Shown: piece by piece, positions 15,480-29,624 of the stretch
Layout: every line of letters begins with the position of its first letter
How positions within the stretch are numbered: position 1 is the stretch's first letter
NCBI GenBank assembly: GCA_043228905.1
Contig: JBHGNT010000017.1
Location: forward strand, 1-64,000
Direction: 5' to 3'
DNA from: Azolla caroliniana
Taxonomy: Eukaryota; Plantae; Polypodiophyta
Length of the DNA: 64,000 bases
Notes under the pieces: model-generated
Database searches by the model: none
What the model was told of the DNA's origin: nothing
What the model saw: only the letters and a program-made list of their open reading frames with translations
Translations under genes and position numbers: made by a program

Positions 15480-18400
15480 TCGTCATGTCTCTCAACCTGA
15501 GTTTCAAAATCTTCATTTTTTAATTCCATATCATAGCTAGTGTTGTTAGCTTCGATTTGCATGTTTGAACACAAAAATCCAATCTCACACTCGTTACGTA
15601 TGAACATTTTAATTTACCTACTAGCTCTTCCCAACTCACTCCTCAAATTTGGTAATTTCGTCATGTCTCTCGACCTGAGTTTCAAAATCTTGATTTTTTA
15701 ATTCCATATCATAGCTAGCGTTGTTAGCTTCGATTCGCATGTTTGAAAACAACAATCCGATATCACACGACCCAGGTATGAACATTTTAATTTACCTACT
15801 AGCTCTTCCCAACTCACTCCTCAAATTTGGTAATTTCGTCATGTCTCTCGACCTGAGTTTCAAAATCTTCATGTTTTAATTCCATATCATAGCTAACGTT
15901 GTTAGCTTCGATTCGTATGTTTGAACACAAAAATCCGATATCACACTCGCCAGGTATGAACATTTTAATTTACCTACTAGCTCTTCCCAACTCACTCCTC
16001 AAATTTGGTAATTTCGTCATGTCTCTCGACCTGATTCTCAAAATCTTTATTTTTTAATTCCATATCATAGCTAGTGTTGTTAGCTTCGATTCGCATGTTT
16101 GAAAACAAGAATCCGATATCACACTGACTAGGTATAAACATTTTAATTTACTCAAGGGCTCTTGTCAACTCCCTCGTCACGATTTCTAATTTCGTCATGT
16201 CTCTCGACCTGAGTTTAAAAATCTTGATTTTTTAATTCCATATCATAGCTAGCGTTGTTAGCTTCGATTCGCATGTTTGAACACAAAATTCCGATATCAC
16301 ACGACCTAGGTATGAACATTTTAATTTACCTACTAGCTCTTCCCAACTCACTCCTCAAATTTGGTAATTTCGTCATGTCTCTCGACCTGAGTTTTAAAAT
16401 CTTGATTTTTTAATTCCATATCATAGCTAGCGTTGTTAGCTTCGATTCGCATGTTTGAAAACAACAATCCGATATCACACGACCCAGGTATGAACATTTT
16501 AATTTACCTACTAGCTCTTCTAAACTCACTCCTCAAATTTGGTAATTTCGTCATCTCTCTCTACCTGAGTTTCTTAATCTTGATTTTTTAATTCCATATC
16601 ATAGCTAGTGTTGTTAGCTTCGATTCTCATGTTTGAACACAAAATTCCGATATCACACGACCCAGGTATGAACATTTTAATTTACCTACTAGCTCTTCCC
16701 AACTCACTCCTCAAATTTGGTAATTTCGTCATGTCTCTCGACCTGAGTTTTAAAATCTTGATTTTTTAATTCCATATTATAGCTAGCGTTGTTAGCTTCA
16801 ATTCACATGTTTGAAAACAAAAATCCGATATCACACGACCCAGGTATGAACATTTTAATTTACCTACTAGATCTTCCCAACTCACTCCTCAAATTTGGTA
16901 ATTTCGTCATGTCTCTCGACCTGAGTTTCAAAATCGTGATTTTTTAATTCCATATTATAGCTAGCGTTGTTAGCTTCAATTCGCATGTTTGAAAACAAGA
17001 ATCCGATATCACACGACCCAGGTATGAACATTTTAATTTTACCTACTAGCTCTTCCCAACTCACTCCTCAAATTTGGTAATTTCATCATGTCTCTCGACC
17101 TGAGTTTCAAAATCTTGATTTTTTAATTCCATATCATAGCTAGTGTTGTTAGCTTCGATTCGCATGTTTGAACACAAAATTCTGATATCACCCTCCCCAG
17201 GTATGACCATTTTAATTTACCTACTAGCTCTTCCCAACTCACTCCTCAAATTTGGTAATTTCGTCATGTCTCTCGACCTGAGTTTCAAAATCTTGATTTT
17301 TTAATTCCATATCATAGCTAGCGCTGTTAGCTTCGATTCGCATGTTTGAAAACAAGAATCCGATATCACACGACCTAGGTATGAACATTTTAATTTACCT
17401 ACTAGGTCTTCTAAACTCACTCCTCAAATTTGGTAATTTCGTCATCTCTCTCTACCTGAGTTTCTTAATCTTGATTTTTTAATTCCATATCATAGCTAGT
17501 GTTCTTAGCTTCGATTCCCAGGTTTGAACACAAAAATCCGATATCACACGACCCAGGTATGACCATTTTAATTTACCTACTAGCTCTTCCCAACTCACTC
17601 CTCAAATTTGGTAATTTCGTCATGTCTCTCAACCTGAGTTTCAAAATCTTCATTTTTTAATTCCATATCATAGCTAGTGTTGTTAGCTTCGATTTGCATG
17701 TTTGAACACAAAAATCCAATCTCACACTCGTTACGTATGAACATTTTAATTTACCTACTAGCTCTTCCCAACTCACTCCTCAAATTTGGTAATTTCGTCA
17801 TGTCTCTCGACCTGAGTTTCAAAATCTTGATTTTTTAATTCCATATCATAGCTAGCGTTGTTAGCTTCGATTCGCATGTTTGAAAACAACAATCCGATAT
17901 CACACGACCCAGGTATGAACATTTTAATTTACCTACTAGCTCTTCCCAACTCACTCCTCAAATTTGGTAATTTCGTCATGTCTCTCGACCTGAGTTTCAA
18001 AATCTTCATGTTTTAATTCCATATCATAGCTAACGTTGTTAGCTTCGATTCGTATGTTTGAACACAAAAATCCGATATCACACTCGCCAGGTATGAACAT
18101 TTTAATTTACCTAGTAGCTCTTCCCAACTCACTCCTCAAATTTGGTAATTTCGTCATGTCTCTCGACCTGATTTTCAAAATCTTTATTTTTTAATTCCAT
18201 ATCATAGCTAGTGTTGTTAGCTTCGATTCGCATGTTTGAAAACAAGAATCCGATATCACACTGACTAGGTATAAACATTTTAATTTACTCAAGGGCTCTT
18301 GTCAACTCCCTCGTCACGATTTCTAATTTCGTCATGTCTCTCGACCTGAGTTTAAAAATCTTGATTTTTTAATTCCATATCATAGCTAGCGTTGTTAGCT

Positions 18401-19470
18401 TCGATTCGCATGTTTGAACACAAAATTCCGATATCACACGACCTAGGTATGAACATTTTAATTTACCTACTAGCTCTTCCCAACTCACTCCTCAAATTTG
18501 GTAATTTCGTCATGTCTCTCGACCTGAGTTTTAAAATCTTGATTTTTTAATTCCATATCATAGCTAGCGTTGTTAGCTTCGATTCGCATGTTTGAAAACA
18601 ACAATCCGATATCACACGACCCAGGTATGAACATTTTAATTTACCTACTAGCTCTTCTAAACTCACTCCTCAAATTTGGTAATTTCGTCATCTCTCTCTA
18701 CCTGAGTTTCATAATCTTGATTTTTTAATTCCATATCATAGCTAGCGTTGTTAGCTTCGATTCTCATGTTTGAACACAAAATTCCGATATCACACGACCC
18801 AGGTATGAACATTTTAATTTACCTACTAGCTCTTCCCAACTCACTCCTCAAATTTGGTAATTTCGTCATGTCTCTCGACCTGAGTTTTAAAATCTTGATT
18901 TTTTAATTCCATATTATAGCTAGCGTTGTTAGCTTCAATTCACATGTTTGAAAACAAAAATCCGATATCACACGACCCAGGTATGAACATTTTAATTTAC
19001 CTACTAGATCTTCCCAACTCACTCCTCAAATTTGGTAATTTCATCATGTCTCTCGACCTGAGTTTCAAAATCGTGATTTTTTAATTCCATATTATAGCTA
19101 GCGTTGTTAGCTTCAATTCGCATGTTTGAAAACAAGAATCCGATATCACACGACCCAGGTATGAACATTTTAATTTTACCTACTAGCTCTTCCCAACTCA
19201 CTCCTCAAATTTGGTAATTTCATCATGTCTCTCGACCTGAGTTTCAAAATCTTGATTTTTTAATTCCATATCATAGCTAGTTTTGTTAGCTTCGATTCGC
19301 ATGTTTGAACACAAAATTCTGATATCACCCTCCCCAGGTATGACCATTTTAATTTACCTACTAGCTCTTCCCAACTCACTCCTCAAATTTGGTAATTTCG
19401 TCATGTCTCTCGACCTGAGTTTCAAAATCTTGATTTTTTAATTCCATATCATAGCTAGCGTTGTTAGCTT
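15480..19470. repeat. Block duplication, offset 2137 bp (12 monomers +1 bp); approximate limits
   Basis: GGTATAAAC at 16131/18268. The TAATTTTACC +1 insertion gives identical spurious ORFs at 16882 and 19019. Confidence 0.85.
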
Positions 19471-19519
19471 CGATTCGCATGTTTGAACACAAAAATCCGA
19501 TATCACACGACCCAGGTAT

Positions 19520-22500
19520 GAACATTTTAATTTACCTACTAGATCTTCCCAACTCACTCCTCAAATTTGGTAATTTCGTCATGTCTGTCGACCTGAGTTT
19601 CAAAATCTTGATTTTTTAATTCCATATCATAGCTAGCGTTGTTAGCTTCGATTCGCATGTTTGAAAACAACAATCCGATATCACACGACCCAGGTATGAA
19701 CATTTTAATTTACCTACTAGCTCTTCCCAACTCACTCTTCATATTTGGTAAATTTGTCATCTCTCTCGACCTGAGTTTCTTAATCTTGATTTTTTAATTC
19801 CATATCATAGCTAGTGTTGTTAGCTTCGATTCGCATGTTTGAACACAAAAATCCGATATCACACGACCCAGGTATGAACATTTTAATTTTCCTACTAGTT
19901 CTTCCCAACTCACTCCTCAAATTTGGTAATTTCGTCATCTCTCTCTACGTGAGTTTCTTAATCCTAATTTTTTAATTTCATATGATAGCTAGTGTTCTTA
20001 GCTTCGATTCCCATGTTTGAACACAAAATCGGATATCACACTCGCCAGGTATGAACATTCTAATTTTCCTACTAGCTCTTCCAAACTCACTCCTCAAATT
20101 TGGTAATTTCGTCATGTCTCTCGACCTGAGTTTCAAAATCTTGATTTTTTAATTCCATATTATAGCTAGCGTTGTTAGCTTCAATTCGAATGTTTGAAAA
20201 CAAGAATCCGATATCACACGACCCAGGTATGAACATTTTAATTTACGTAGTAGCTCTTCCCAACTCACTCCTCAAATTTGGTAATTTCGTCATGTCTCTC
20301 GACCTGAGTTTCAAAATCGTGATTTTTTAATTCCATATTATAGCTAGCGTTGTTAGCTTCAATTCGCATGTTTGAAAACAAGAATCCGATATCACACGAC
20401 CCAGGTATGAACATTTTAATTTACCTACTAGCTCTTCCCAACTCACTCCTCAAATTTGGTAATTTCATCATGTCTTTCGACCTGAGTTTCAAAATCTTGA
20501 TTTTTTAATTCCATATTATAGCTAGCGTTGTTAGCTTCAATTCGCATGTTTGAAAACAAGAATCCGATATCATACTGACTAGGTATGAACATTTTAATTT
20601 ACTCAAGGGCTCTTGTCAACTCCCTCGTCACGATTTCTAATTTCGTCATGTCTCTCGACCTGAGTTCAAAAATCTTGATTTTTTAATTCCATATCATAGC
20701 TAGCGTTGTTAGCTTCGATTCGCATGTTTGAACACAAAATTCCGATATCACACGACCCAGGTATGAACATTTTAATTTACGTAGTAGCTCTTCCCAACTC
20801 ACTCCTCAAATTTGGTAATTTCGTCATGTCTCTCGACCTGAGTTTCAAAATCGTGATTTTTTAATTCCATATTATAGCTAGCGTTGTTAGCTTCAATTCG
20901 CACGTTTGAAAACAAGAATCCGATATCACACGACCCAGGTATGAACATTTTAATTTACCTACTAGCTCTTCCCAACTCACTCCTCAAATTTGGTAATTTC
21001 ATCATGTCTCTCGACCTGAGTTTCATAATCTTGATTTTTTAATTCCATATTATAGCTAGCGTTGTTAGCTTCAATTCGCATGTTTGAAAACAAGAATCCG
21101 ATATCATATTGACTAGGTATGAACATTTTAATTTACTCAAGGGCTCTTGTCAACTCCCTCGTCACGATTTCTAATTTCGGCATGTCTCTCGACCTGAGTT
21201 TAAAAATCTTGATTTTTTAATTCCATATCAAAGCTAGCGTTGTTAGCTTCGATTCGCATGTTTGAACACAAAAATCCGATATCACACGACCCAGGTATGA
21301 ACATTTTAATTTACGTAGTAGCTCTTCCCAACTCACTCCTCAAATTTGGTAATTTCGTCATGTCTCTCGACCTGAGTTTCAAAATCGTGATTTTTTAATT
21401 CCATATTATAGCTAGCGTTGTTAGCTTCAATTCGCATGTTTGAAAACAAGAATCCGATATCACACGACCCAGGTATGAACATTTTAATTTACCTACTAGC
21501 TCTTCCCAACTCACTCCTCAAATTTGGTAATTTCGTCATGTCTCTCGACCTGAGTTTCAAAATCTTGATTTTTTAATTCCATATTATAGCTAGCGTTGTT
21601 AGCTTCAATTCGCATGTTTGAAAACAAGAATCCGATATCACACGACCCAGGTATGAACATTTTAATTTACCTACTAGATCTTCCCAACTCACTCCTCAAA
21701 TTTGGTAATTTCGTCATGTCTCTCGACCTGAGTTTCAAAATCTTGATTTTTTAATTCCATATCATAGCTAGCGTTGTTAGCTTCGATTCGCATGTTTGAA
21801 AACAACAATCCGATATCACACGACCCAGGTATGAACATTTTAATTTACCTACTAGCTCTTCCCAACTCACTCTTCATATTTGGTAATTTCGTCATCTCTC
21901 TCGACCTGAGTTTCTTAATCTTGATTTTTTAATTCCATATCATAGCTAGTGTTGTTAGCTTCGATTCGCATGTTTGAACACAAAAATCCGATATCACACG
22001 ACCCAGGTATGAACATTTTAATTTTCCTACTAGTTCTTCCCAACTCACTCCTCAAATTTGGTAATTTCGTCATCTCTCTCTACGTGAGTTTCTTAATCCT
22101 AATTTTTTAATTTCATATGATAGCTAGTGTTCTTAGCTTCGATTCCCATGTTTGAACACAAAATCGGATATCACACTCGCCAGGTATGAACATTCTAATT
22201 TTCCTACTAGCTCTTCCAAACTCACTCCTCAAATTTGGTAATTTCGTCATGTCTCTCGACCTGAGTTTCAAAATCTTGATTTTTTAATTCCATATTATAG
22301 CTAGCGTTGTTAGCTTCAATTCGAATGTTTGAAAACAAGAATCCGATATCACACGACCCAGGTATGAACATTTTAATTTACGTAGTAGCTCTTCCCAACT
22401 CACTCCTCAAATTTGGTAATTTCGTCATGTCTCTCGACCTGAGTTTCAAAATCGTGATTTTTTAATTCCATATTATAGCTAGCGTTGTTAGCTTCAATTC

Positions 22501-23650
22501 GCATGTTTGAAAACAAGAATCCGATATCACACGACCCAGGTATGAACATTTTAATTTACCTACTAGCTCTTCCCAACTCACTCCTCAAATTTGGTAATTT
22601 CATCATGTCTTTCGACCTGAGTTTCAAAATCTTGATTTTTTAATTCCATATTATAGCTAGCGTTGTTAGCTTCAATTCGCATGTTTGAAAACAAGAATCC
22701 GATATCATACTGACTAGGTATGAACATTTTAATTTACTCAAGGGCTCTTGTCAACTCCCTCGTCACGATTTCTAATTTCGTCATGTCTCTCGACCTGAGT
22801 TTAAAAATCTTGATTTTTTAATTCCATATCATAGCTAGCGTTGTTAGCTTCGATTCGCATGTTTGAACACAAAATTCCGATATCACACGACCCAGGTATG
22901 AACATTTTAATTTACGTAGTAGCTCTTCCCAACTCACTCCTCAAATTTGGTAATTTCGTCATGTCTCTCGACCTGAGTTTCAAAATCGTGATTTTTTAAT
23001 TCCATATTATAGCTAGCGTTGTTAGCTTCAATTCGCACGTTTGAAAACAAGAATCCGATATCACACGACCCAGGTATGAACATTTTAATTTACCTACTAG
23101 CTCTTCCCAACTCACTCCTCAAATTTGGTAATTTCATCATGTCTCTCGACCTGAGTTTCATAATCTTGATTTTTTAATTCCATATTATAGCTAGCGTTGT
23201 TAGCTTCAATTCGCATGTTTGAAAACAAGAATCCGATATCATATTGACTAGGTATGAACATTTTAATTTACTCACGGGCTCTTGTCAACTCCCTCGTCAC
23301 GATTTCTAATTTCGGCATGTCTCTCGACCTGAGTTTAAAAATCTTGATTTTTTAATTCCATATCAAAGCTAGCGTTGTTAGCTTCGATTCGCATGTTTGA
23401 ACACAAAAATCCGATATCACACGACCCAGGTATGAACATTTTAATTTACGTAGTAGCTCTTCCCAACTCACTCCTCAAATTTGGTAATTTCGTCATGTCT
23501 CTCGACCTGAGTTTCAAAATCGTGATTTTTTAATTCCATATTATAGCTAGCGTTGTTAGCTTCAATTCGCATGTTTGAAAACAAGAATCCGATATCACAC
23601 GACCCAGGTATGAACATTTTAATTTACCTACTAGCTCTTCCCAACTCACT
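19520..23650. repeat. Block duplication, offset 2135 bp (12 monomers -1 bp); approximate limits
   Basis: TCTTTCGACC at 20473/22608. TCTACGTGAG and TTTCGGCATG variants repeat at the same offset. Confidence 0.85.
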
Positions 23651-24009
23651 CCTCAAATTTGGTAATTTCATCATGTCTCTCGACCTGAGTTTCAAAATCG
23701 TGATTTTTTAATTCCATATTATAGCTAGCGTTGTTAGCTTCAATTCGCATGTTTGAAAACAAGAATCCGATATCATACTGACTAGGTATGAACATTTTAA
23801 TTTACTCAAGGGCTCTTGTCAACTCCCTCGTCACGATTTCTAATTTCGTCATGTCTCTCGACCTGAGTTTAAAAATCTTGATTTTTTAATTCCATATCAT
23901 AGCTAGCGTTGTTAGCTTCGATTCGCATGTTTGAACACAAAATTCCGATATCACACGACCCAGGTATGAACATTTTAATTTACGTAGTAGCTCTTCCCAA
24001 CTCACTCCT

Positions 24010-27000
24010 CAAATTTGGTAATTTCGTCATGTCTCTCGACCTGAGTTTCAAAATCGTGATTTTTTAATTCCATATTATAGCTAGCGTTGTTAGCTTCAAT
24101 TCGCATCTTTGAAAACAAGAATCCGATATCATACTGACTAGGTATGAACATTTTAATTTACTCAAGGGCTCTTGTCAACTCCCTCGTCACGATTTCTAAT
24201 TTCGTCATGTCTCTCGACCTGAGTTTAAAAATCTTGATTTTTTAATTCCATATCATAGCTAGCGTTGTTAGCTTCGATTCGCATGTTTGAACACAAAATT
24301 CCGATATCACACGACCCAGGTATGAACATTTTAATTTACCTACTAGCTCTTCCCAACTCACTCCTGAAATTTGGTAATTTCGTCATGTCTCTCGACCTGA
24401 GTTTCAAAATCTTGATTTTTTAATTCCATATCATAGCTAGCGTTGTTAGCTTCGATTCGCATGTTTGGAAACAAGAATCCGATATCACACGACCTAGGTA
24501 TGAACATTTTAATTTACCTACTAGCTCTTCCAAACTCACTCCTCAAATTTGGTAATTTCGTCATGTCTCTCGACCTGAGTTTCAAAATCTTGATTTTTTA
24601 ATTCCATATTATAGCTAGCATTGTTAGCTTCAATTCGCATGTTTGAAAACAAGAATCCGATATCACACGACCCAGGTATGAACATTTTAATTTACCTACT
24701 AGCTCTTCCCAACTCACTCCTCAAATTTGGTAATTTCATCATGTCTCTCGACCTGAGTTTCAAAATCTTGATTTTTTAATTCCATATTATTGCTAGCGTT
24801 GTTAGCTTCAATTCGCATCTTTGAAAACAAGAATCCGATATCATACTGACTAGGTATGAACATTTTAATTTACTCAAGGGCTCTTGTCAACTCCCTCGTC
24901 ACGATTTCTAATTTCGTCATGTCTCTCGACCTGAGTTTAAAAATCTTGATTTTTTAATTCCATATCATAGCTAGCGTTGTTAGCTTCGATTCGCATGTTT
25001 GAACACAAAATTCCGATATCACACGACCCAGGTATGAACATTTTAATTTACCTACTAGCTCTTCCCAACTCACTCCTGAAATTTGGTAATTTCCTCATGT
25101 CTCTCGACCTGAGTTTCAAAATCTTGATTTTTTAATTCCATATCATAGCTAGCGTTGTTAGCTTCGATTCGCATGTTTGGAAACAAGAATCCGATATCAC
25201 ACGACCTAGGTATGAACATTTTAATTTACCTACTAGCTCTTCCAAACTCACTCCTCAAATTTGGTAATTTCGTCATGTCTCTCGACCTGAGTTTCAAAAT
25301 CTTGATTTTTTAATTCCATATTATAGCTAGCATTGTTAGCTTCAATTCGCATGTTTGAAAACAAGAATCCGATATCATACTGACTAGGTATGAACATTTT
25401 AATTTACTCAAGGGCTCTTGTCAACTCCCTCGTCACGATTTCTAATTTCGTCATGTCTCTCGACCTGAGTTTAAAAATCTTGATTTTTTAATTCCATATC
25501 ATAGCTAGCGTTGTTAGCTTCGATTCGCATGTTTGAACACAAAATTCCGATATCACACGACCCAGGTATGAACATTTTAATTTACGTAGTAGCTCTTCCC
25601 AACTCACTCCTCAAATTTGGTAATTTCGTCATGTCTCTCGACCTGAGTTTCAAAATCGTGATTTTTTAATTCCATATTATAGCTAGCGTTGTTAGCTTCA
25701 ATTCGCACGTTTGAAAACAAGAATCCGATATCACACGACCCAGGTATGAACATTTTAATTTACCTACTAGCTCTTCCCAACTCACTCCTCAAATTTGGTA
25801 ATTTCGTCATGTCTCTCGACCTGAGTTTCAAAATCGTGATTTTTTAATTCCATATTATAGCTAGCGTTGTTAGCTTCAATTCGCATCTTTGAAAACAAGA
25901 ATCCGATATCATACTGACTAGGTATGAACATTTTAATTTACTCAAGGGCTCTTGTCAACTCCCTCGTCACGATTTCTAATTTCGTCATGTCTCTCGACCT
26001 GAGTTTAAAAATCTTGATTTTTTAATTCCATATCATAGCTAGCGTTGTTAGCTTCGATTCGCATGTTTGAACACAAAATTCCGATATCACACGACCCAGG
26101 TATGAACATTTTAATTTACCTACTAGCTCTTCCCAACTCACTCCTGAAATTTGGTAATTTCGTCATGTCTCTCGACCTGAGTTTCAAAATCTTGATTTTT
26201 TAATTCCATATCATAGCTAGCGTTGTTAGCTTCGATTCGCATGTTTGGAAACAAGAATCCGATATCACACGACCTAGGTATGAACATTTTAATTTACCTA
26301 CTAGCTCTTCCAAACTCACTCCTCAAATTTGGTAATTTCGTCATGTCTCTCGACCTGAGTTTCAAAATCTTGATTTTTTAATTCCATATTATAGCTAGCA
26401 TTGTTAGCTTCAATTCGCATGTTTGAAAACAAGAATCCGATATCACACGACCCAGGTATGAACATTTTAATTTACCTACTAGCTCTTCCCAACTCACTCC
26501 TCAAATTTGGTAATTTCATCATGTCTCTCGACCTGAGTTTCAAAATCTTGATTTTTTAATTCCATATTATTGCTAGCGTTGTTAGCTTCAATTCGCATGT
26601 TTGAAAACAAGAATCCGATATCATACTGACTAGGTATGAACATTTTAATTTACTCAAGGGCTCTTGTCAACTCCCTCGTCACGATTTCTAATTTCGTCAT
26701 GTCTCTCGACCTGAGTTTAAAAATCTTGATTTTTTAATTCCATATCATAGCTAGCGTTGTTAGCTTCGATTCGCATGTTTGAACACAAAATTCCGATATC
26801 ACACGACCCAGGTATGAACATTTTAATTTACCTACTAGCTCTTCCCAACTCACTCATGAAATTTGGTAATTTCCTCATGTCTCTCGACCTGAGTTTCAAA
26901 ATCTTGATTTTTTAATTCCATATCATAGCTAGCGTTGTTAGCTTCGATTCGCATGTTTGGAAACAAGAATCCGATATCACACGACCTAGGTATGAACATT

Positions 27001-27150
27001 TTAATTTACCTACTAGCTCTTCCAAACTCACTCCTCAAATTTGGTAATTTCGTCATGTCTCTCGACCTGAGTTTCAAAATCTTGATTTTTTAATTCCATA
27101 TTATAGCTAGCATTGTTAGCTTCAATTCGCATGTTTGAAAACAAGAATCC
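24010..27150. repeat. Block duplication, offset 1780 bp (10 monomers); approximate limits
   Basis: TGCTAGC variant at 24791/26571 and TTCCTCATGT at 25091/26871. Confidence 0.85.
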
Positions 27151-27395
27151 GATATCACACGACCCAGGTATGAACATTTTAATTTACCTACTAGCTCTTC
27201 CCAACTCACTCCTCAAATTTGGTAATTTCGTCATGTCTCTCGACCTGAGTTTCAAAATCTTGATTTTTTAATTCCATATCATAGCTAGCGTTGTTAGCTT
27301 CGATTCGCATGGTTGAACACAAAAATCCGATATCACACAACCCAGGTATGAACATTTTTATTTACCTACTAGCTCTTCCCAACTCACTCCTCAAA

Positions 27396-27469
27396 CCCTA
27401 AACCCCTAAACCCTAAACCCTAAACCCTAAACCCTAAACCCTAAACCCTAAACCCTAAACCCTAAACCC
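27396..27469 (-). repeat. Interstitial telomeric sequence (ITS) copy 1, 74 bp; TTTAGGG reads on the minus strand
   Basis: Plus strand reads CCCTAAA CCCCTAAA (CCCTAAA)x8 CCC between satellite ...CTCCTCAAA and TAATTCCATATC, replacing 51 bp of the monomer. Confidence 0.98.
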
Positions 27470-29550
27470 TAATTCCATATCATAGCTAGCGTTGTTAGCT
27501 TCGATTCGCATGTTTGAACACAAAAATCCGATATCACACGACCCATGAACATTTTAATTTACCTACTAGTTCTTCCCAACTCACTCCTCAAATTTGGTAA
27601 TTTCGTCATGTCTCTGGACCTGAGTTTCAAAATCTTGATTTTTTAATTCCATATCATAGCTAGCGTTGTTAGCTTCGATTCGCATGTTTGAAAACAAGAA
27701 TCCGATATCATACTGACTAGGTATGAACATTTTAATTTACTCAAGGGCTCTTGTCAACTCCCTCGTCACGATTTCTAATTTCGTCATGTCTCTCGACCTG
27801 AGTTTCAAAATCTTGATTTTTTAATTCCATATCATAGCTAGCGTTGTTAGCTTCGATTCGCATGTTTGAACACAAAATTCCGATATCACACGACCCAGGT
27901 ATGAACATTTTAATTTACCTACTAGCTCTTCCCAACTCACTCCTCAAATTTGGTAATTTCGTCATGTCTCTCGACCTGAGTTTCAAAATCTTGATTTTTT
28001 AATTCCATATCATAGCTAGCGTTGTTAGCTTCGATTCGCATGTTTGAAAACAAGAATCCGATATCATACTGACTAGGTATGAACATTTTAATTTACTCAA
28101 GGGCTCTTGTCAACTCCCTCGTCACGATTTCTAATTTCGTCATGTCTCTCGACCTGAGTTTAAAAATCTTGATTTTTTAATTCCATATCATAGCTAGTGT
28201 TGTTAGCTTCGATTCGCATGTTTGAACACAAAATTCTGATATCACACGACCCAGGTATGACCATTTTAATTTACCTACTAGCTCTTCCAAACTCACTCCT
28301 CAAATTTGGTAATTTCGTCATGTCTCTCAACCTGAGTTTCAAAATCTTCATTTTTTAATTCCATATCATAGCTAGTGTTGTTAGCTTCGATTTGCATGTT
28401 TGAACACAAAAATCCAATATCACACTCGTTAGGTATGAACATTTTAATTTACCTACTAGCTCTTCCCAACTCACTCCTCAAATTTGGTAATTTCGTCATG
28501 TCTCTCGACCTGAGTTTCAAAATCTTGATTTTTTAATTCCATATCATAGCTAGCGTTGTTAGCTTCGATTCGCATGTTTGAAAACAACAATCCGATATCA
28601 CACGACCCAGGTATGAACATTTTAATTTACCTACTAGCTCTTCCCAACTCACTCCTCAAATTTGGTAATTTCGTCATGTCTCTCGACCTGAGTTTCAAAA
28701 TCTTCATGTTTTAATTCCATATCATAGCTAACGTTGTTAGCTTCGATTCGTATGTTTGAACACAAAAATCCGATATCACACTCGCCAGGTATGAACATTT
28801 TAATTTACCTAGTAGCTCTTCCCAACTCACTCCTCAAATTTGGTAATTTCGTCATTTCTCTCGACCTGATTTTCAAAATCTTGATTTTTTAATTCCATAT
28901 TATAGCTAGTGTTGTTTGCTTCGATTCGCATGTTTGAACACAGAATTCTGATATCACACGACCCAGGTATGACCATTTTAATTTACCCACTAGCTCTTCC
29001 CAACTCACTCCTCAAATTTGGTAATTTCGTCATGTCTCTCGACCTGAGTTTCAAAATCTTGATTTTTTAATTCCATATCATAGCTAGCGTTGTTAGCTTC
29101 GATTCGCATGTTTGGAAACAAGAATCCGATATCACACGACCTAGGTATGAACATTTTAATTTACCTACTAGCTCTTCCAAACTCACTCCTCAAATTTGGT
29201 AATTTCGTCATGTCTCTCGACCTGAGTTTCAAAATCTTGATTTTTTAATTCCATATTATAGCTAGCATTGTTAGCTTCAATTCGCATGTTTGAAAACAAG
29301 AATCCGATATCACACGACCCAGGTATGAACATTTTAATTTACCTACTAGCTCTTCCCAACTCACTCCTCAAATTTGGTAATTTCGTCATGTCTCTCGACC
29401 TGAGTTTCAAAATCTTGATTTTTTAACTCCATATCATAGCTAGCGTTGTTAGCTTCGATTCGCATGTTTGAACACAAAAATCCGATATCACACAACCCAG
29501 GTATGAACATTTTTATTTACCTACTAGCTCTTCCCAACTCACTCCTCAAA

Positions 29551-29624
29551 CCCTAAACCCCTAAACCCTAAACCCTAAACCCTAAACCCTAAACCCTAAA
29601 CCCTAAACCCTAAACCCTAAACCC
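29551..29624 (-). repeat. Interstitial telomeric sequence copy 2, 74 bp
   Basis: Identical to copy 1, including the CCCCTAAA variant unit and both junctions. Confidence 0.98.
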
